Positions 1 to 9,764 of a stretch of 64,000 nt of DNA are shown here, one piece after another. The DNA is from an uncultured Gammaproteobacteria bacterium (GTDB lineage: Bacteria; Pseudomonadota; Gammaproteobacteria; Arenicellales; JAANXG01), in NCBI GenBank assembly GCA_947259705.1, contig CAMYNL010000005.1, forward strand, positions 48,012-112,011, given 5' to 3'. A program made the position numbers and the translations under genes. Below the pieces are notes generated by a model. It did not search any database. It saw only the letters and a program-made list of their open reading frames with translations, and had not been told where the DNA came from. Every line of letters starts with the position of its first letter. Within the stretch, counting starts at the first letter, position 1.

Positions 1-396
1 AACACCTGCGGCGCCTGCAGCATCGGAACCGGAGATGCACGCAAAAAACCCGCACACCAACACCGTAGCGGTGCCAAATCCGGAACGAAAGCCACCCACC
101 AACGCTTCGGCCACATCCAAGAGTTTGTGCGAGAGCCCCGTGCGCACCAGCACATCGCCGGTAAGGATGAACAGCGGTACGGCGATCAGCGCAAAGGCAT
201 CGATGCCATCGAACAGTGCTTCACCAAGCAGAGAAAGCGGCAACACGCCGGAGAGGTAGAGCATGGAGATGGACGTCACGCCCAGCACCGCCCATATCGG
301 TACAGCAAGTACGATCAGAACGACGGCTAATAGAAGTGGAAGATAAAACTCCCAACCCAATACCAGCTCAAAGGCATCTTGTTGAAGGAGTTCCAT
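1..396 (-). CDS. TRAP transporter large permease (DctM family), N-terminal part only; the gene runs off the left edge of the window
   Basis: Reverse translation from the ATG at 396-394 gives MELLQQDAFELVLGWEFYLPLLLAVVLIVLAVPIWAVLGV...PLFILTGDVLVRTGLSHKLLDVAEALVGGFRSGFGTATVLVCGFFACISGSDAAGAAGV, a typical DctM N-terminus. The start overlaps the stop of the upstream small-permease gene (ATGA). Confidence 0.8.
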   Translation of the reverse strand, partial: MELLQQDAFELVLGWEFYLPLLLAVVLIVLAVPIWAVLGVTSISMLYLSGVLPLSLLGEALFDGIDAFALIAVPLFILTGDVLVRTGLSHKLLDVAEALVGGFRSGFGTATVLVCGFFACISGSDAAGAAGV

Positions 397-911
397 CAGT
401 CAAATAACTTGTGGCCTTCGAAAACGGTACGTCCTCCACGCATGTCACCCCAGTCGCGCCAGATAGACTGCATTAAGCGAATACAAGTGAGCGTGAAGCC
501 AAAAGGTACTGCCGCCAAGAACCAAGCCTGGGCGATACGCAAACCGTGCGTGACTGAACCGAATTTGATCGAGGTCATCAACGTTTCAAATGAATAAAAC
601 AGAGCAAGCAAGGCGACACCCAGCATCACAAAATCCCCGAGAAGATAGACAAACGCCTTGCCACGCGGCGAGAGATAGTGCAACAACACATCGATACGGA
701 TGTGTGCGCGCTCGCTTACTGCGGCCGCAACACCGATCCAGACAAGATAAATAAACGCGTAGCGTGCTACCTCTTCACCCCAAACCGAGGAATAGGCAAG
801 ACCAAAACGACGTAGCACTTCGATGCCGATGGTCATTACGATCATGGTGTAGAAAACCAACAGCAACCAGCGCTCGCCGTTCTGGTCGATCTGTTTCAAA
901 ATCTGTCGCAC
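396..911 (-). CDS. TRAP transporter small permease (DctQ family)
   Basis: 171-aa ORF with four hydrophobic segments. It lies between a DctP-type binding protein and a DctM-type permease, and its stop overlaps the dctM start. Confidence 0.85.
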   Translation of the reverse strand: MRQILKQIDQNGERWLLLVFYTMIVMTIGIEVLRRFGLAYSSVWGEEVARYAFIYLVWIGVAAAVSERAHIRIDVLLHYLSPRGKAFVYLLGDFVMLGVALLALFYSFETLMTSIKFGSVTHGLRIAQAWFLAAVPFGFTLTCIRLMQSIWRDWGDMRGGRTVFEGHKLFD

Positions 912-991
912 GACAATGCCTCCCGTCTATCAAGAACTCATGAAGAGGTTTTGCGGGCCACCCCCGGGAGGGTGGCCCACCCGGCTACCCT

Positions 992-2143
992 TTAGGCATC
1001 GTTGACGTAGTAACGCCCTTGTGTGTTTGCCGCTTCTAGCAACTTATCGAATGTTGCGATGGACCCGGCCAGTTCGTTCTTGTAAGAGTCCCATTCAGCG
1101 TTCTGATGGCCACCCTTCTTTACCCACTGCTCCAATTCGGCTGCGGTGGGTGTATAGAACTGAACACCTGATTTGCTCATCTCGGCCATGGCATAGGCAC
1201 GCGCTGCCGGCACTTTCGACAGGTTCTGATGTGAGGTCACCTCACTCGCGAACTCGATACCTTCCCGTACAGAGACCGGAAGGCCGTTGAACCATTCCAG
1301 GTTGCATGAGTAGACCTGCGAATCGGGGACGGCACGGGTAAATGTTACCCAGGAGAGAATGTCCTTGAAGCCAAACACGTGCAGCGCGCCTACGGCCGGA
1401 TCGAGGGCATCCGCAACACCCTGCTTGATGGCCGACGGCGTCTCGCCCCAGGCTACCGGGGTGGGATTGGCGCCAATGGTGCGATAGTACTGTTGCAGCA
1501 TCTTGGAGCCGGGCACCCGAAACTTGATGCCCGAAAGGTCATCCGGTGTCTTGATCGGGCCATCACCGCCTTTGCGCAGGGCCACGACACGCGGATCGAT
1601 GACTACATACCAAAGGGGTTTGAAGCCTTTGGCTTCAACCTTGGTGTGCACCTCGTCGCGCCATGCATCGGAACTAACCAAGTTAACAAACTTCTGGTTA
1701 GCACCGCAAAAATAAGGGAGATTGATCAGGTCTACGGGCGGTGCAAAAGGCGCAAAATTCGACAGCGAATGCTGGGCGGCCTGGATGGTACCCTGCTGCA
1801 CCTTTTGCGCCAGCGCACCACCGGCACCCAGCTGACCGCCCGGCGCCAGCTTTACATAGACCTGGCCATTGGTCATATTCTGGATATTCTCTTTGAAATC
1901 CAGTTGCATGATGGGATAGCTGCGTGATGCGCCCAAGACATAGGCGGTAGCGGTTGTCATTTTATACTTGGCTTCCTTTTGACGCTCCTTCTCCTCCTTG
2001 GCAGTGGCGGCAGCGGCCTCTTCACTGAGCAACAAGCTGCCCGTTGCTCCCGCTACCACCGCGGCGGTGAAGCCATACTTTCCGGAAAGTTCCAGAAATC
2101 GACGGCGCTCAAGAGATTCCGGTGTTTCAGGATTGCGTTTCAC
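992..2143 (-). CDS. TRAP transporter substrate-binding protein (DctP family) with a twin-arginine signal
   Basis: 383 aa. The N-terminus ERRRFLELSGKYGFTAAVVAGATG is Tat-like and the remainder is DctP-like periplasmic-binding sequence. GTG start at 2143-2141. Confidence 0.85.
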   Translation of the reverse strand: MKRNPETPESLERRRFLELSGKYGFTAAVVAGATGSLLLSEEAAAATAKEEKERQKEAKYKMTTATAYVLGASRSYPIMQLDFKENIQNMTNGQVYVKLAPGGQLGAGGALAQKVQQGTIQAAQHSLSNFAPFAPPVDLINLPYFCGANQKFVNLVSSDAWRDEVHTKVEAKGFKPLWYVVIDPRVVALRKGGDGPIKTPDDLSGIKFRVPGSKMLQQYYRTIGANPTPVAWGETPSAIKQGVADALDPAVGALHVFGFKDILSWVTFTRAVPDSQVYSCNLEWFNGLPVSVREGIEFASEVTSHQNLSKVPAARAYAMAEMSKSGVQFYTPTAAELEQWVKKGGHQNAEWDSYKNELAGSIATFDKLLEAANTQGRYYVNDA

Positions 2144-2394
2144 TAGCTGTCCTCCTCTGCGTTATTGGCAGACTTTGTTTTCACATCTGATTGTTGCGAT
2201 TCCAGGTGCAGCACGACGACCACGAAACAAATGACAGCGGCCAGCAGAATCAGAAATTCTCCTACATCGCCAAGCGACAGGATCGGTTCCATGTCGAATA
2301 GCAGGGCCGTCTTGCCCAGGAATATGTTGAGTAGGAACAATCCAAAAAGTACACCGGCACTGACCAGGAACCAGGTGTCAGACCTATTTTTCAT
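2143..2394 (-). CDS. Small membrane protein (83 aa, two predicted TM helices, acidic tail), function unknown
   Basis: ORF MKNRSDTWFLVSAGVLFGLFLLNIFLGK...GEFLILLAAVICFVVVVLHLESQQSD. Its TAG stop shares one nucleotide with the GTG start of the DctP gene (TAGTG at 2141-2145), suggesting translational coupling. Confidence 0.55.
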   Translation of the reverse strand: MKNRSDTWFLVSAGVLFGLFLLNIFLGKTALLFDMEPILSLGDVGEFLILLAAVICFVVVVLHLESQQSDVKTKSANNAEEDS

Positions 2395-2475
2395 GCTTCC
2401 TCCTATTCATTTGGAAATAGATATTCGCTTTAACCATTATCGGATGAGTCCAACTACATTTCGATCTCTCACGCT

Positions 2476-3651
2476 CTACGCACTTTCGTAAAGCCTGGTG
2501 AGCACAAACTCCCGATGCCCAAGCGCCTCTGCTGCGGTAAGACGCCCATTGACGGTTCGAAGCATTGTGCCTAGCAGCGCATCGCCTGCCTCATCCGGGG
2601 TCATCTCCTTGCGCAGCAGACCGGAGACGTCCAAATCGACGTGCTCATTCATAGTGCGAACAGTGCGTGGATTGGCGCAAATCTTGATCACGGGAATAAT
2701 TGGGTTTCCGATGATATTGCCCTGTCCTGTGGGGAAAAAATGCACCACATATCCCGCTGCTGCAGCCAAGGTTACCATCTCGGCGGCAGCGGATGAGGAA
2801 TCCATGAACCAGAGTCCTGGACCAGTCGGCGCCTCTGCTTTGTCAAGCACACCATCTACGATGCATTTCTTGCCAATTTTCTGGATATTACCCAGTGCCT
2901 TTTCCTCAATAGTTGTCAGTCCACCCTCGATGTTCCCCTTCGTCGGCTGTGATTCAGAGAGATCGGATGTCTTGTAACGATTGATCATGTCTTGGTAACG
3001 ATTGAACATAAACATGAAGCGTTCACGCACCTCGTCGTTACGGCAGCGTTCTGCCACCAGGTGTTCACCACCGGTAATTTCCGAGGTCTCTCCGAACAGC
3101 AGTGTCGTTCCATGTGGGTACATCTTGTCAAAGGCATTACCCACAGTCGGATTTGCCCCGCAGCCCGAAGTAGTGTCCGATTCACCGCATTTAGTGGAAA
3201 TCCAGAGATCTCTCAACGGTGCTTCTTCACGATGTAATTCAGAGGCCCACTGCGTGTACTCTCTCGCCACCTGGGAGGCTTTCATAATGGTTTCATGATC
3301 GCCATGCTGTTCTATACCGAAACCGGTAACCGGTTTACCGGTAGCAGCAATGCCATCCACGACACGTTTAGTCCAACCGTTTTCAATACCGATCACGACC
3401 ACTGCGGCAACGTTTGGATTGCCCCCGGTGCCGATAAGTGTGCGGAAGTGCAGGTCAAGATCTTCGCCGAATTGCAGCCTGCCGTAAGGATGCGGCAGCG
3501 CCATGGTGCCCTTGATATTGTTCGCGACAGCTTCACAAGCCGCATTCGAGAGGTCATCAACCGGCAGAATAATGACGTGATTACGCACACCGACGCGACC
3601 ATTCTCACGTCGATAACCCAAAAAAGTCGTATTGCTCAAATCCCGGGACAT
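2476..3651 (-). CDS. UxaA-family sugar-acid dehydratase, large (C-terminal domain) subunit (altronate / galactarate dehydratase-like)
   Basis: 391 aa. The sequence [22 protein letters not shown]...[20 protein letters not shown]...[24 protein letters not shown] matches my recollection of UxaA/GarD C-terminal domains. Confidence 0.85.
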   Translation of the reverse strand: MSRDLSNTTFLGYRRENGRVGVRNHVIILPVDDLSNAACEAVANNIKGTMALPHPYGRLQFGEDLDLHFRTLIGTGGNPNVAAVVVIGIENGWTKRVVDGIAATGKPVTGFGIEQHGDHETIMKASQVAREYTQWASELHREEAPLRDLWISTKCGESDTTSGCGANPTVGNAFDKMYPHGTTLLFGETSEITGGEHLVAERCRNDEVRERFMFMFNRYQDMINRYKTSDLSESQPTKGNIEGGLTTIEEKALGNIQKIGKKCIVDGVLDKAEAPTGPGLWFMDSSSAAAEMVTLAAAAGYVVHFFPTGQGNIIGNPIIPVIKICANPRTVRTMNEHVDLDVSGLLRKEMTPDEAGDALLGTMLRTVNGRLTAAEALGHREFVLTRLYESA

Positions 3652-3695
3652 TTCTCTATCTCCTAATGGGTAACGTCTTTGGATACTACCGGTGA

Positions 3696-3977
3696 CTACC
3701 AGCGCTTTGTCTTTATGTTGTGCACATGGGCGTGCTCACCTTTACCGATATCAGCCACGACTTTTCCGATATCCACGCCGTACTTGATCACCGTATCACC
3801 CACATTCATGGGCTTGATCGCTAACTTATGTCCAATTGGTATATCACTGGCCGCAGTAAATTCGACCTCTTTGTCCTGATCCATAATCCATCCGGAAATT
3901 TTGTCTCCTGCCTTCACTCCTTCGACAACGACAACCCCAACACTGTCGCCCTCATCGTGAACCACAAAATCGATCAT
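3696..3977 (-). CDS. UxaA-family dehydratase small subunit (SAF domain)
   Basis: 93 aa: [26 protein letters not shown]...[42 protein letters not shown], the SAF-type N-terminal domain of UxaA/GarD. It lies directly upstream of the large subunit. Confidence 0.8.
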   Translation of the reverse strand: MIDFVVHDEGDSVGVVVVEGVKAGDKISGWIMDQDKEVEFTAASDIPIGHKLAIKPMNVGDTVIKYGVDIGKVVADIGKGEHAHVHNIKTKRW

Positions 3978-4057
3978 TGGCCTCTCCTCGAGTAGTGAAA
4001 AACTGACAACCCGGCATCAGACGTAAATACTAGAATAACATTATATTACAAGTCAAG

Positions 4058-4075
4058 TAGTCTTATATAAGACTA
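4058..4075. promoter_or_regulatory. Perfect 18-bp palindrome TAGTCTTATATAAGACTA, a candidate GntR/HutC-type operator in the divergent promoter region
   Basis: Read directly from the sequence. The core TCTTATATAAG recurs at 4200-4210. Both copies lie in the AT-rich 298-bp gap between the SAF/UxaA operon and the divergent GntR gene. Confidence 0.5.
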
Positions 4076-4275
4076 ATCTGATTATTTACCCATATTAAAT
4101 TACTATATATATCAATGTGATGTGAATTTCTTATGTGCAGATTATGGTGATGCAGATCATTTTGAATACCTTCTTCTTTCGCCAGATTACTGGCTTAGCT
4201 CTTATATAAGTCTTAAACTATAAATATCTAAATATGTCTTGAATCGTTCTAGACATTCAGAGGAGAAAACTTGTT

Positions 4276-5007
4276 TTGGTACTTTCAATTGCCAAGGGTT
4301 CCATCCCGCTCTATATGCAGATCAAAGATTTGCTTGTTGCACGGGTGACAGAGGGAGAATGGGCGCCGGGAGATATCATTCCCAGCGAAATGCAACTTGC
4401 TCGGGAGCTAAATGTCAGTCAGGGAACCGTCCGCAAAGCCATAACAGAACTTGTCGAAAACAATGTGCTGGTAAGGCGACAAGGCAGAGGTACTTTTGTG
4501 GCGGCCCACGACGGTGACCGGGCACTGTTCCACTTTTTTCATATTGTTAATGACAGCGGCACCAAGATTTTGCCTGAATCTAAAACGCTTTCCTGTCGTC
4601 GAAAGCGCGCTTCACGTCAGGAGGTATCAAAACTCAAGCTCCCGTATGGAGCACAGGTAGTATGTATCGAGCGGATTCGTAAGCTTGATGATCAGCCGAT
4701 CATTATTGAAACGATCATACTGCCTGCCGAATCATTTGGTGATTTAGGAAAACGGCAAGCAGGTAACCTGCCGAATACGCTGTATGAACTATACGAAACC
4801 CAGTTCGGCATAACTATTCATCGGGCAGAAGAACAACTGCGCGCAGTCGCCGCTACTGATCGTGATGCATCTTTGTTGGGTTTAGATGCAGGTACTCCCC
4901 TTCTGGAAATCGAGCGCACAGCCTTGACATTAGGCGGTACACCCGTAGAGCTTAGAACTAGCCGTTGCAATACGTCTAGGCATTACTATCAGAATACCGT
5001 CCTTTAA
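4276..5007 (+). CDS. GntR-family transcriptional regulator (HutC/UTRA subfamily)
   Basis: 243 aa. It has an N-terminal winged HTH (PLYMQIKDLLVARVTEGEWAPGDIIPSEMQLARELNVSQGTVRKAITELVENNVLVRRQGRGTFV) and a UTRA-like C-terminal half. The true start may be the internal ATG (MQIKD). Confidence 0.85.
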   Translation: MVLSIAKGSIPLYMQIKDLLVARVTEGEWAPGDIIPSEMQLARELNVSQGTVRKAITELVENNVLVRRQGRGTFVAAHDGDRALFHFFHIVNDSGTKILPESKTLSCRRKRASRQEVSKLKLPYGAQVVCIERIRKLDDQPIIIETIILPAESFGDLGKRQAGNLPNTLYELYETQFGITIHRAEEQLRAVAATDRDASLLGLDAGTPLLEIERTALTLGGTPVELRTSRCNTSRHYYQNTVL

Positions 5008-5082
5008 GATCGGCACTGCTTCCGTTGAACCGCAAAAGTCGGCGCCAAGACGATTAGTGAGGAGGAAAAGTTCGTTCGCCAG

Positions 5083-5463
5083 ATGTCGCCGATCCTACCG
5101 GACGTCGAGATTATTGCAACACAGACCGACTTAGAACTAGCAGTCGAGGACGTCGAAGTTATCGTCACCGCCACGAGTCTTCACGCGCCATTGCTCAAAG
5201 CGGTATGGATGAAACCCGGAGCAGTCTATAGTCATGTGGATGGCTGGGAGGATGAGTATGCAGTGGCAAAACAATGCGATAAGATCGTCTGTGATGACTG
5301 GGAAAGCGTCACACATCGCACGCAAACGTTAAGCTGCATGTACAAGGATGGTGAACTGACGGACGCCGACATCCACGGCGCCCTGTCTGCACTCGGACCA
5401 AAGGGCGAGCGTCCGCCGATCCATTGGTCGATCACGACTTTATCGTCAGATTTTTCAGCTTGA
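5083..5463 (+). pseudogene. Ornithine cyclodeaminase / mu-crystallin family gene fragment (N-terminal half missing, 3' end frameshifted)
   Basis: 126-aa ORF with VEVIVTATSLHAPLLKAVWMKPGAVYSHVDG, resembling the OCD Rossmann core (IIvTaT...P.l...WlkpGahinavG). No room exists upstream for the roughly 150 missing residues. The expected C-terminal motif appears only in other frames after about 5400. Confidence 0.45.
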
Positions 5464-5996
5464 ACTCGACATGGCTCGGCTTGCCATTCGAGGTTACCCC
5501 CCGAAGCTTCGGGTGATGGGCAGACGTGTTCGGAGCAATTTGTTGTCTTTGAACGGCTTGATGACCGCCACGACCTTTTTCAGCGAGTGCTTTGAACTTT
5601 GCATGCCAGGTTGATCTTGTTGGTGGATTTTCGTGATATTAGTTGCTACCAAATTGCTGGGAACCACGCTTAATTGCGTCTTTCCCATGGCCATGGGTCG
5701 CGGGAATAGTTCAAAAGGTTCATCAGCGAGGGGATTTCTGGATGCGTGTACAGCATGCGGTATGAGTTGCCTTTCGGGTCCACGAGCTGCGGCACATCCG
5801 TGCGGTGCGGCTGGTGAGCGGAGGTGTACTTGGCGGGCGTACTGGTCCGCCGTGTCGAGAAGATCTCCGATGCCATGAGGGCCGCGCGGGTCAGTGCCTG
5901 GACCGTGAGTCGGCCGTTTTGGACGGTACCGTGTCACGTTTTGCTCACGCGTCATTCTGATGCAGTGCAGAATGTTACGTAAGCCATTGATTTACT

Positions 5997-6073
5997 TGGT
6001 GGCTATGGGTGGACTCGAACCACCGACACCGGCATTATGAGTGCCGTGCTCTAACCGCCTGAGCTACATAGCC
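5997..6073 (-). tRNA. tRNA-Met (CAU), elongator type
   Basis: The reverse complement is GGCTATGTAGCTCAGGCGGTTAGAGCACGGCACTCATAATGCCGGTGTCGGTGGTTCGAGTCCACCCATAGCCACCA, 77 nt. It has a 7-bp acceptor stem, anticodon loop CTCATAA, T-loop GGTTCGAGTCC and an encoded CCA. It is close to E. coli metT as I recall it. Confidence 0.93.
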
Positions 6074-6171
6074 ACGGAGTAAATCGAGGGGAGCGGCAAG
6101 ATACAAGATACGCCGGTTGGTAGCAAGGTCAGCTCCCCCTCACTCCTGCAGCGACTGGCAACCCTATGCCT

Positions 6172-7263
6172 TTACACATTGAAGCGGAAATGCACGACGT
6201 CGCCGTCGTGCACAACGTAGTCCTTGCCCTCCAGTCGCATCTTGCCTGCCGTCTTGGCGCCCTGCTCGCCGCCCAGCTCAACGTAGTCCCCGTAGGAAAT
6301 CACCTCGGCCCGGATGAAGCCGCGCTGGAAGTCGGTATGGATGACGCCGGCGGCCTCGGGGGCGGTGGCGCCGATGCGCACGGTCCAGGCCCGGGCCTCC
6401 TTCGGCCCGGCGGTGAGGAATGTCTGCAACCCCAGCAGGCGGTAGCCGGCGCGGATGACCCGGTTGAGGCCGGGCTCGTCTAGGCCGAGATCGGCCAGGA
6501 ACTCCTGTTTCTCTGATGCATCCAGTTCCGACAGTTCTGCTTCGATGCTGGCGCAGATGGGCACCACCTCGGCGCCCTCCGCGGCTGCGATGGACTGGAC
6601 CTTGTCCAGCAGCGGGTTGCTCTCGAAACCGCTCTCGGCGACGTTGGCGATGTACAGCGTCGGCTTGCTGGTGAGCAGACACAGGGGTCGCACCATGGCT
6701 GCCTCTGCCTTGTCCAGGTTCAGGCTGCGCACCGGGCGACCCTGATTGAGCTGCTCGTGCAGTCGCGTGATGAAGTCCCGCAGCTTTATCTGCGCCTTGT
6801 CGCCGGCCTTGGAGGCCTTTTCCGCTCGCACCAGGGCCTTGTCGGCAGTCTCCAGGTCCGCCAGTATCAACTCCGTGTCGATGGTCTCGATGTCGGACTC
6901 CGGGTCCACGCGTCCGGAGACATGGCTGACGTTGGTGTCCTCAAAGCAGCGCACCACGTGCGCTATGGCATCCACCTCCCGGATGTGGGCCAGGAACTTG
7001 TTGCCCAGGCCCTCCCCTTTCGAGGCACCGGCCACCAGGCCGGCGATGTCCACGAACTCGATGGTGGTCGGCACCACCTGCTGCGGCTTCGCGATGTCGG
7101 CGATGCGTTCGAGGCGTTCGTCGGGCACCGGCACGATGCCCACGTTGGGCTCGATGGTACAGAACGGGTAGTTCTCCGCCTGGATGCCGGAGTTGGTCAG
7201 CGCATTGAACAGAGTGGACTTGCCGACATTGGGCAGTCCCACGATACCGCAGCGAAATCCCAT
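6172..7263 (-). CDS. ychF: Redox-regulated ribosome-binding ATPase YchF
   Basis: 363 aa. P-loop [23 protein letters not shown] and C-terminus [11 protein letters not shown]. Synteny with pth. Confidence 0.95.
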   Translation of the reverse strand: MGFRCGIVGLPNVGKSTLFNALTNSGIQAENYPFCTIEPNVGIVPVPDERLERIADIAKPQQVVPTTIEFVDIAGLVAGASKGEGLGNKFLAHIREVDAIAHVVRCFEDTNVSHVSGRVDPESDIETIDTELILADLETADKALVRAEKASKAGDKAQIKLRDFITRLHEQLNQGRPVRSLNLDKAEAAMVRPLCLLTSKPTLYIANVAESGFESNPLLDKVQSIAAAEGAEVVPICASIEAELSELDASEKQEFLADLGLDEPGLNRVIRAGYRLLGLQTFLTAGPKEARAWTVRIGATAPEAAGVIHTDFQRGFIRAEVISYGDYVELGGEQGAKTAGKMRLEGKDYVVHDGDVVHFRFNV

Positions 7264-7326
7264 GGTGCTATTTCAAGGAAACAAGTGTCTGGTTACGGGT
7301 GGACGGCAGCCCCGTCCATGACGTGT

Positions 7327-7935
7327 TCATGCGCCCGGCGCAGGCCGGTCGCGGCTGTGCAGGGCGTGCATGGCGCGCTCCAGGTCGCCGCTGACGATGG
7401 CGGGCAGTTCCCGGCGCGCGGCCTGAATCGCTTCTTCAATGAGTTCTTGTTCTTCCGCCGGCGCCGGCCGCAGCACATAGTTGGTGACTTCGCTGGCGCG
7501 ACCCGGATGACCGATTCCGATCCGCAGGCGCAGGAAATCCGGTGATCCGAGGCAATCAATAATATCGCGCAGGCCGTTGTGCCCGCCGGCACCACCGCCG
7601 CGCTTGAGCCGCACCGTACCCGGCGGCAGGTCGAGCTCGTCGTGCACGACCAGTACCTGCTGCAGCGCCAGCTTGTAGAAATTCACCGCCTGCGCCACCG
7701 CCGCACCGCTGCGGTTCATGAAGGTGTTCGGTGCCAGCAGCCTGACCGCATGGCCCTGTAGACTGCCCTGGCCGATGTCGCCCTGGAAGCGGGTGCTTGG
7801 AGACAGCCCGGCCCCCAGGTCACCGATGATGGCGTCGATGAATTGAAACCCCGCGTTGTGGCGGGTGTCTGCGTAACGCGCGCCCGGGTTGCCCAGGCCA
7901 ACGATGAGATTTATCGGCAAGGCCATGGACACCAC
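7327..7935 (-). CDS. pth: Peptidyl-tRNA hydrolase
   Basis: LIVGLGNPGARYADTRHNAGFQFID motif; sits in the ychF-pth-rplY-prs order. The start may be the second ATG (MALPINL). Confidence 0.93.
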   Translation of the reverse strand: MVSMALPINLIVGLGNPGARYADTRHNAGFQFIDAIIGDLGAGLSPSTRFQGDIGQGSLQGHAVRLLAPNTFMNRSGAAVAQAVNFYKLALQQVLVVHDELDLPPGTVRLKRGGGAGGHNGLRDIIDCLGSPDFLRLRIGIGHPGRASEVTNYVLRPAPAEEQELIEEAIQAARRELPAIVSGDLERAMHALHSRDRPAPGA

Positions 7936-7974
7936 CCGGTCGAATCAACACCGCCGCGTACGGCGGCCCATCGA

Positions 7975-8643
7975 CTAGTCCTCCTTGTCTTCCTCGGTTT
8001 CCTCGGCCGTGGCCTCGGCTTCGATTTCCTCGCCTTCGATCTCGATCTCCTCCTCCACCGGTGCTGCCTTGGGCATCGCCACCGCGGCGACCGTCTGGTC
8101 TTCCCCGCCGTGGGCCAGCGCGAGGAGGATCACCCCCTCGGGGACCTTGATGTCGCTCAGCTTCGCTGATTCGTTCAGTGCCAGGCTCGAAACATCGACC
8201 TCCAGGTATTCGGGCAGGTCCGCCGGCAGGCACTCGATCTCCACGTCGTTCACGAGGTGGGTCATGATGCCCGCCTCCAAGCGCACGCCGGGTGCCTCGT
8301 CTTCGCCGGCGAAATGCAGCGGCACCGACATATGGAGTTTTTCCGTGGCGCTGACGCGTTGAAAGTCCACATGCATGATCAACGGGCGCTGCGGGTGCAT
8401 CTGGACATCACGAAGAATGGCCTTCTCCATCCCCTGGTCAGTCTTGATGTCGATGATCGCCGAATGAAAGGCCTCGACCTCGAGGTTGTGCCGCATCTCA
8501 TTGTGATCCAGCAGCAAGGCCACGTTGTCCTTGCCGGCTCCGTATATCACCGCCGGTATTTTTCCGCCATGACGATAACGCCTGCTGGCCGTGGTGCCCT
8601 TGGCAGCGCGGTTCTCAGCATTGATTTGAAACTGTACGCTCAT
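7975..8643 (-). CDS. rplY: 50S ribosomal protein L25 / general stress protein Ctc
   Basis: 222 aa. N-terminus RAAKGTTASRRYRHGGKIPAVIYGAGKDN and a long acidic C-terminal extension typical of the Ctc form. Confidence 0.92.
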   Translation of the reverse strand: MSVQFQINAENRAAKGTTASRRYRHGGKIPAVIYGAGKDNVALLLDHNEMRHNLEVEAFHSAIIDIKTDQGMEKAILRDVQMHPQRPLIMHVDFQRVSATEKLHMSVPLHFAGEDEAPGVRLEAGIMTHLVNDVEIECLPADLPEYLEVDVSSLALNESAKLSDIKVPEGVILLALAHGGEDQTVAAVAMPKAAPVEEEIEIEGEEIEAEATAEETEEDKED

Positions 8644-8701
8644 TGGGTCATCTCCTGACGCGGCTTAGCAATGCCGCTCAAAACTCACATACTTATCACA
8701 A

Positions 8702-9652
8702 TTATTCCAGAAACAGCGAACTGACCGAATCTTCCTCGGCGATTCGCCGGATCGATTCCGCCAGCAGCTCCGCGATGCTCAACTGGCGGATCTTCTCACA
8801 AACCTCGGCGTCCGGCCGCAGCGGTATCGAGTCGGTCACCACCAGCTCATCGATGTGCGACGCCGCGATTCGTTGCACAGCCGAGCCGGACAATACCGGG
8901 TGCGTGCAATAGGCCAGGACCCGCTTGGCTCCGCCATCCTTGAGGGCGCCCGCCGCTTCGCACAAGGTGCCGGCGGTATCGACCATGTCGTCCATCAGCA
9001 CGCAACAGCGCCCCTCGACCTCGCCGATGATGTGCATCACCTTGGCCTCGTTGGCCTTGGGCCGCCGCTTGTCGATGATCGCCAGGTCGGCGCCCAGCTG
9101 CTTGGCCATCGCCCGCGCGCGCACTACGCCGCCCACGTCCGGCGACACCACGAGCAGGTCGTCGGGTTCCTGCCGCCACAACTCACTCCACAATACCGGC
9201 GACGCATAGATATTGTCGGATGGTATGTCAAAAAAGCCCTGTATCTGGTCGGCATGCAGATCCATGGTCAACGCGCGGTCGGCCCCGGCCGTACCGATCA
9301 TCGATGCCACCAGCTTGGCGGTAATGGCGACCCGTGCAGTACGCGGCCGGCGATCCTGTCGCGCGTAACCGAAATAAGGCATTACCGCGGTGATGCGCTG
9401 TGCAGAGGATCGCCGCAGCGCGTCGATCATGATCAGCAGCTCCATCAGGTTGTCGTTGGCCGGGGTGCAAGTCGGCTGCACGATGAAGACGTCCCGACCG
9501 CGGACGTTCTCCATGATCTCCACCATGACCTCGTCGTCGCTGAACCTTCCCACCTGCACCTTGCCCAGGGGGACGCCGAGGTATCGGGCTACCGCGGCCG
9601 CCAGTTTTGGATTGGCATTGCCGCAAAACACCGCCAGGTTATCAACGGGCAC
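8702..9652 (-). CDS. prs: Ribose-phosphate pyrophosphokinase
   Basis: 316 aa: [41 protein letters not shown]...[16 protein letters not shown]...[11 protein letters not shown]. Confidence 0.95.
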   Translation of the reverse strand: MPVDNLAVFCGNANPKLAAAVARYLGVPLGKVQVGRFSDDEVMVEIMENVRGRDVFIVQPTCTPANDNLMELLIMIDALRRSSAQRITAVMPYFGYARQDRRPRTARVAITAKLVASMIGTAGADRALTMDLHADQIQGFFDIPSDNIYASPVLWSELWRQEPDDLLVVSPDVGGVVRARAMAKQLGADLAIIDKRRPKANEAKVMHIIGEVEGRCCVLMDDMVDTAGTLCEAAGALKDGGAKRVLAYCTHPVLSGSAVQRIAASHIDELVVTDSIPLRPDAEVCEKIRQLSIAELLAESIRRIAEEDSVSSLFLE

Positions 9653-9689
9653 GTGATGTCCTCACAGCAGGTTCCTGGACACAGCAAAT

Positions 9690-9764
9690 TGGCTGGGGTG
9701 GCAGGATTCGAACCTGCGTATGCCGGAATCAAAATCCGGTGCCTAACCGCTTGGCTACACCCCA
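9690..9764 (-). tRNA. tRNA-Gln (UUG)
   Basis: The reverse complement is TGGGGTGTAGCCAAGCGGTTAGGCACCGGATTTTGATTCCGGCATACGCAGGTTCGAATCCTGCCACCCCAGCCA, 75 nt, with anticodon loop TTTTGAT. It is in the usual position upstream of prs. Confidence 0.93.

Noticed and set aside
5494-5955. A 153-aa minus-strand ORF starting 40 nt downstream of the tRNA-Met 3' end, considered as an island integrase.
   Set aside because: I could not find any tyrosine-recombinase motif (no R..H..R..Y context and no Arm/SAM-like N-terminus). Protein-like stretches switch between two frames. It is kept only as 'decayed region' in the findings and not annotated as a gene.
6086-6140. An imperfect inverted repeat GAGGGGAGC ... 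GCTCCCCCTC between ychF and tRNA-Met.
   Set aside because: The stem is imperfect with a 36-nt loop and has only a weak T-run. It is plausibly just the ychF terminator or tRNA promoter context and is not distinctive enough to call.
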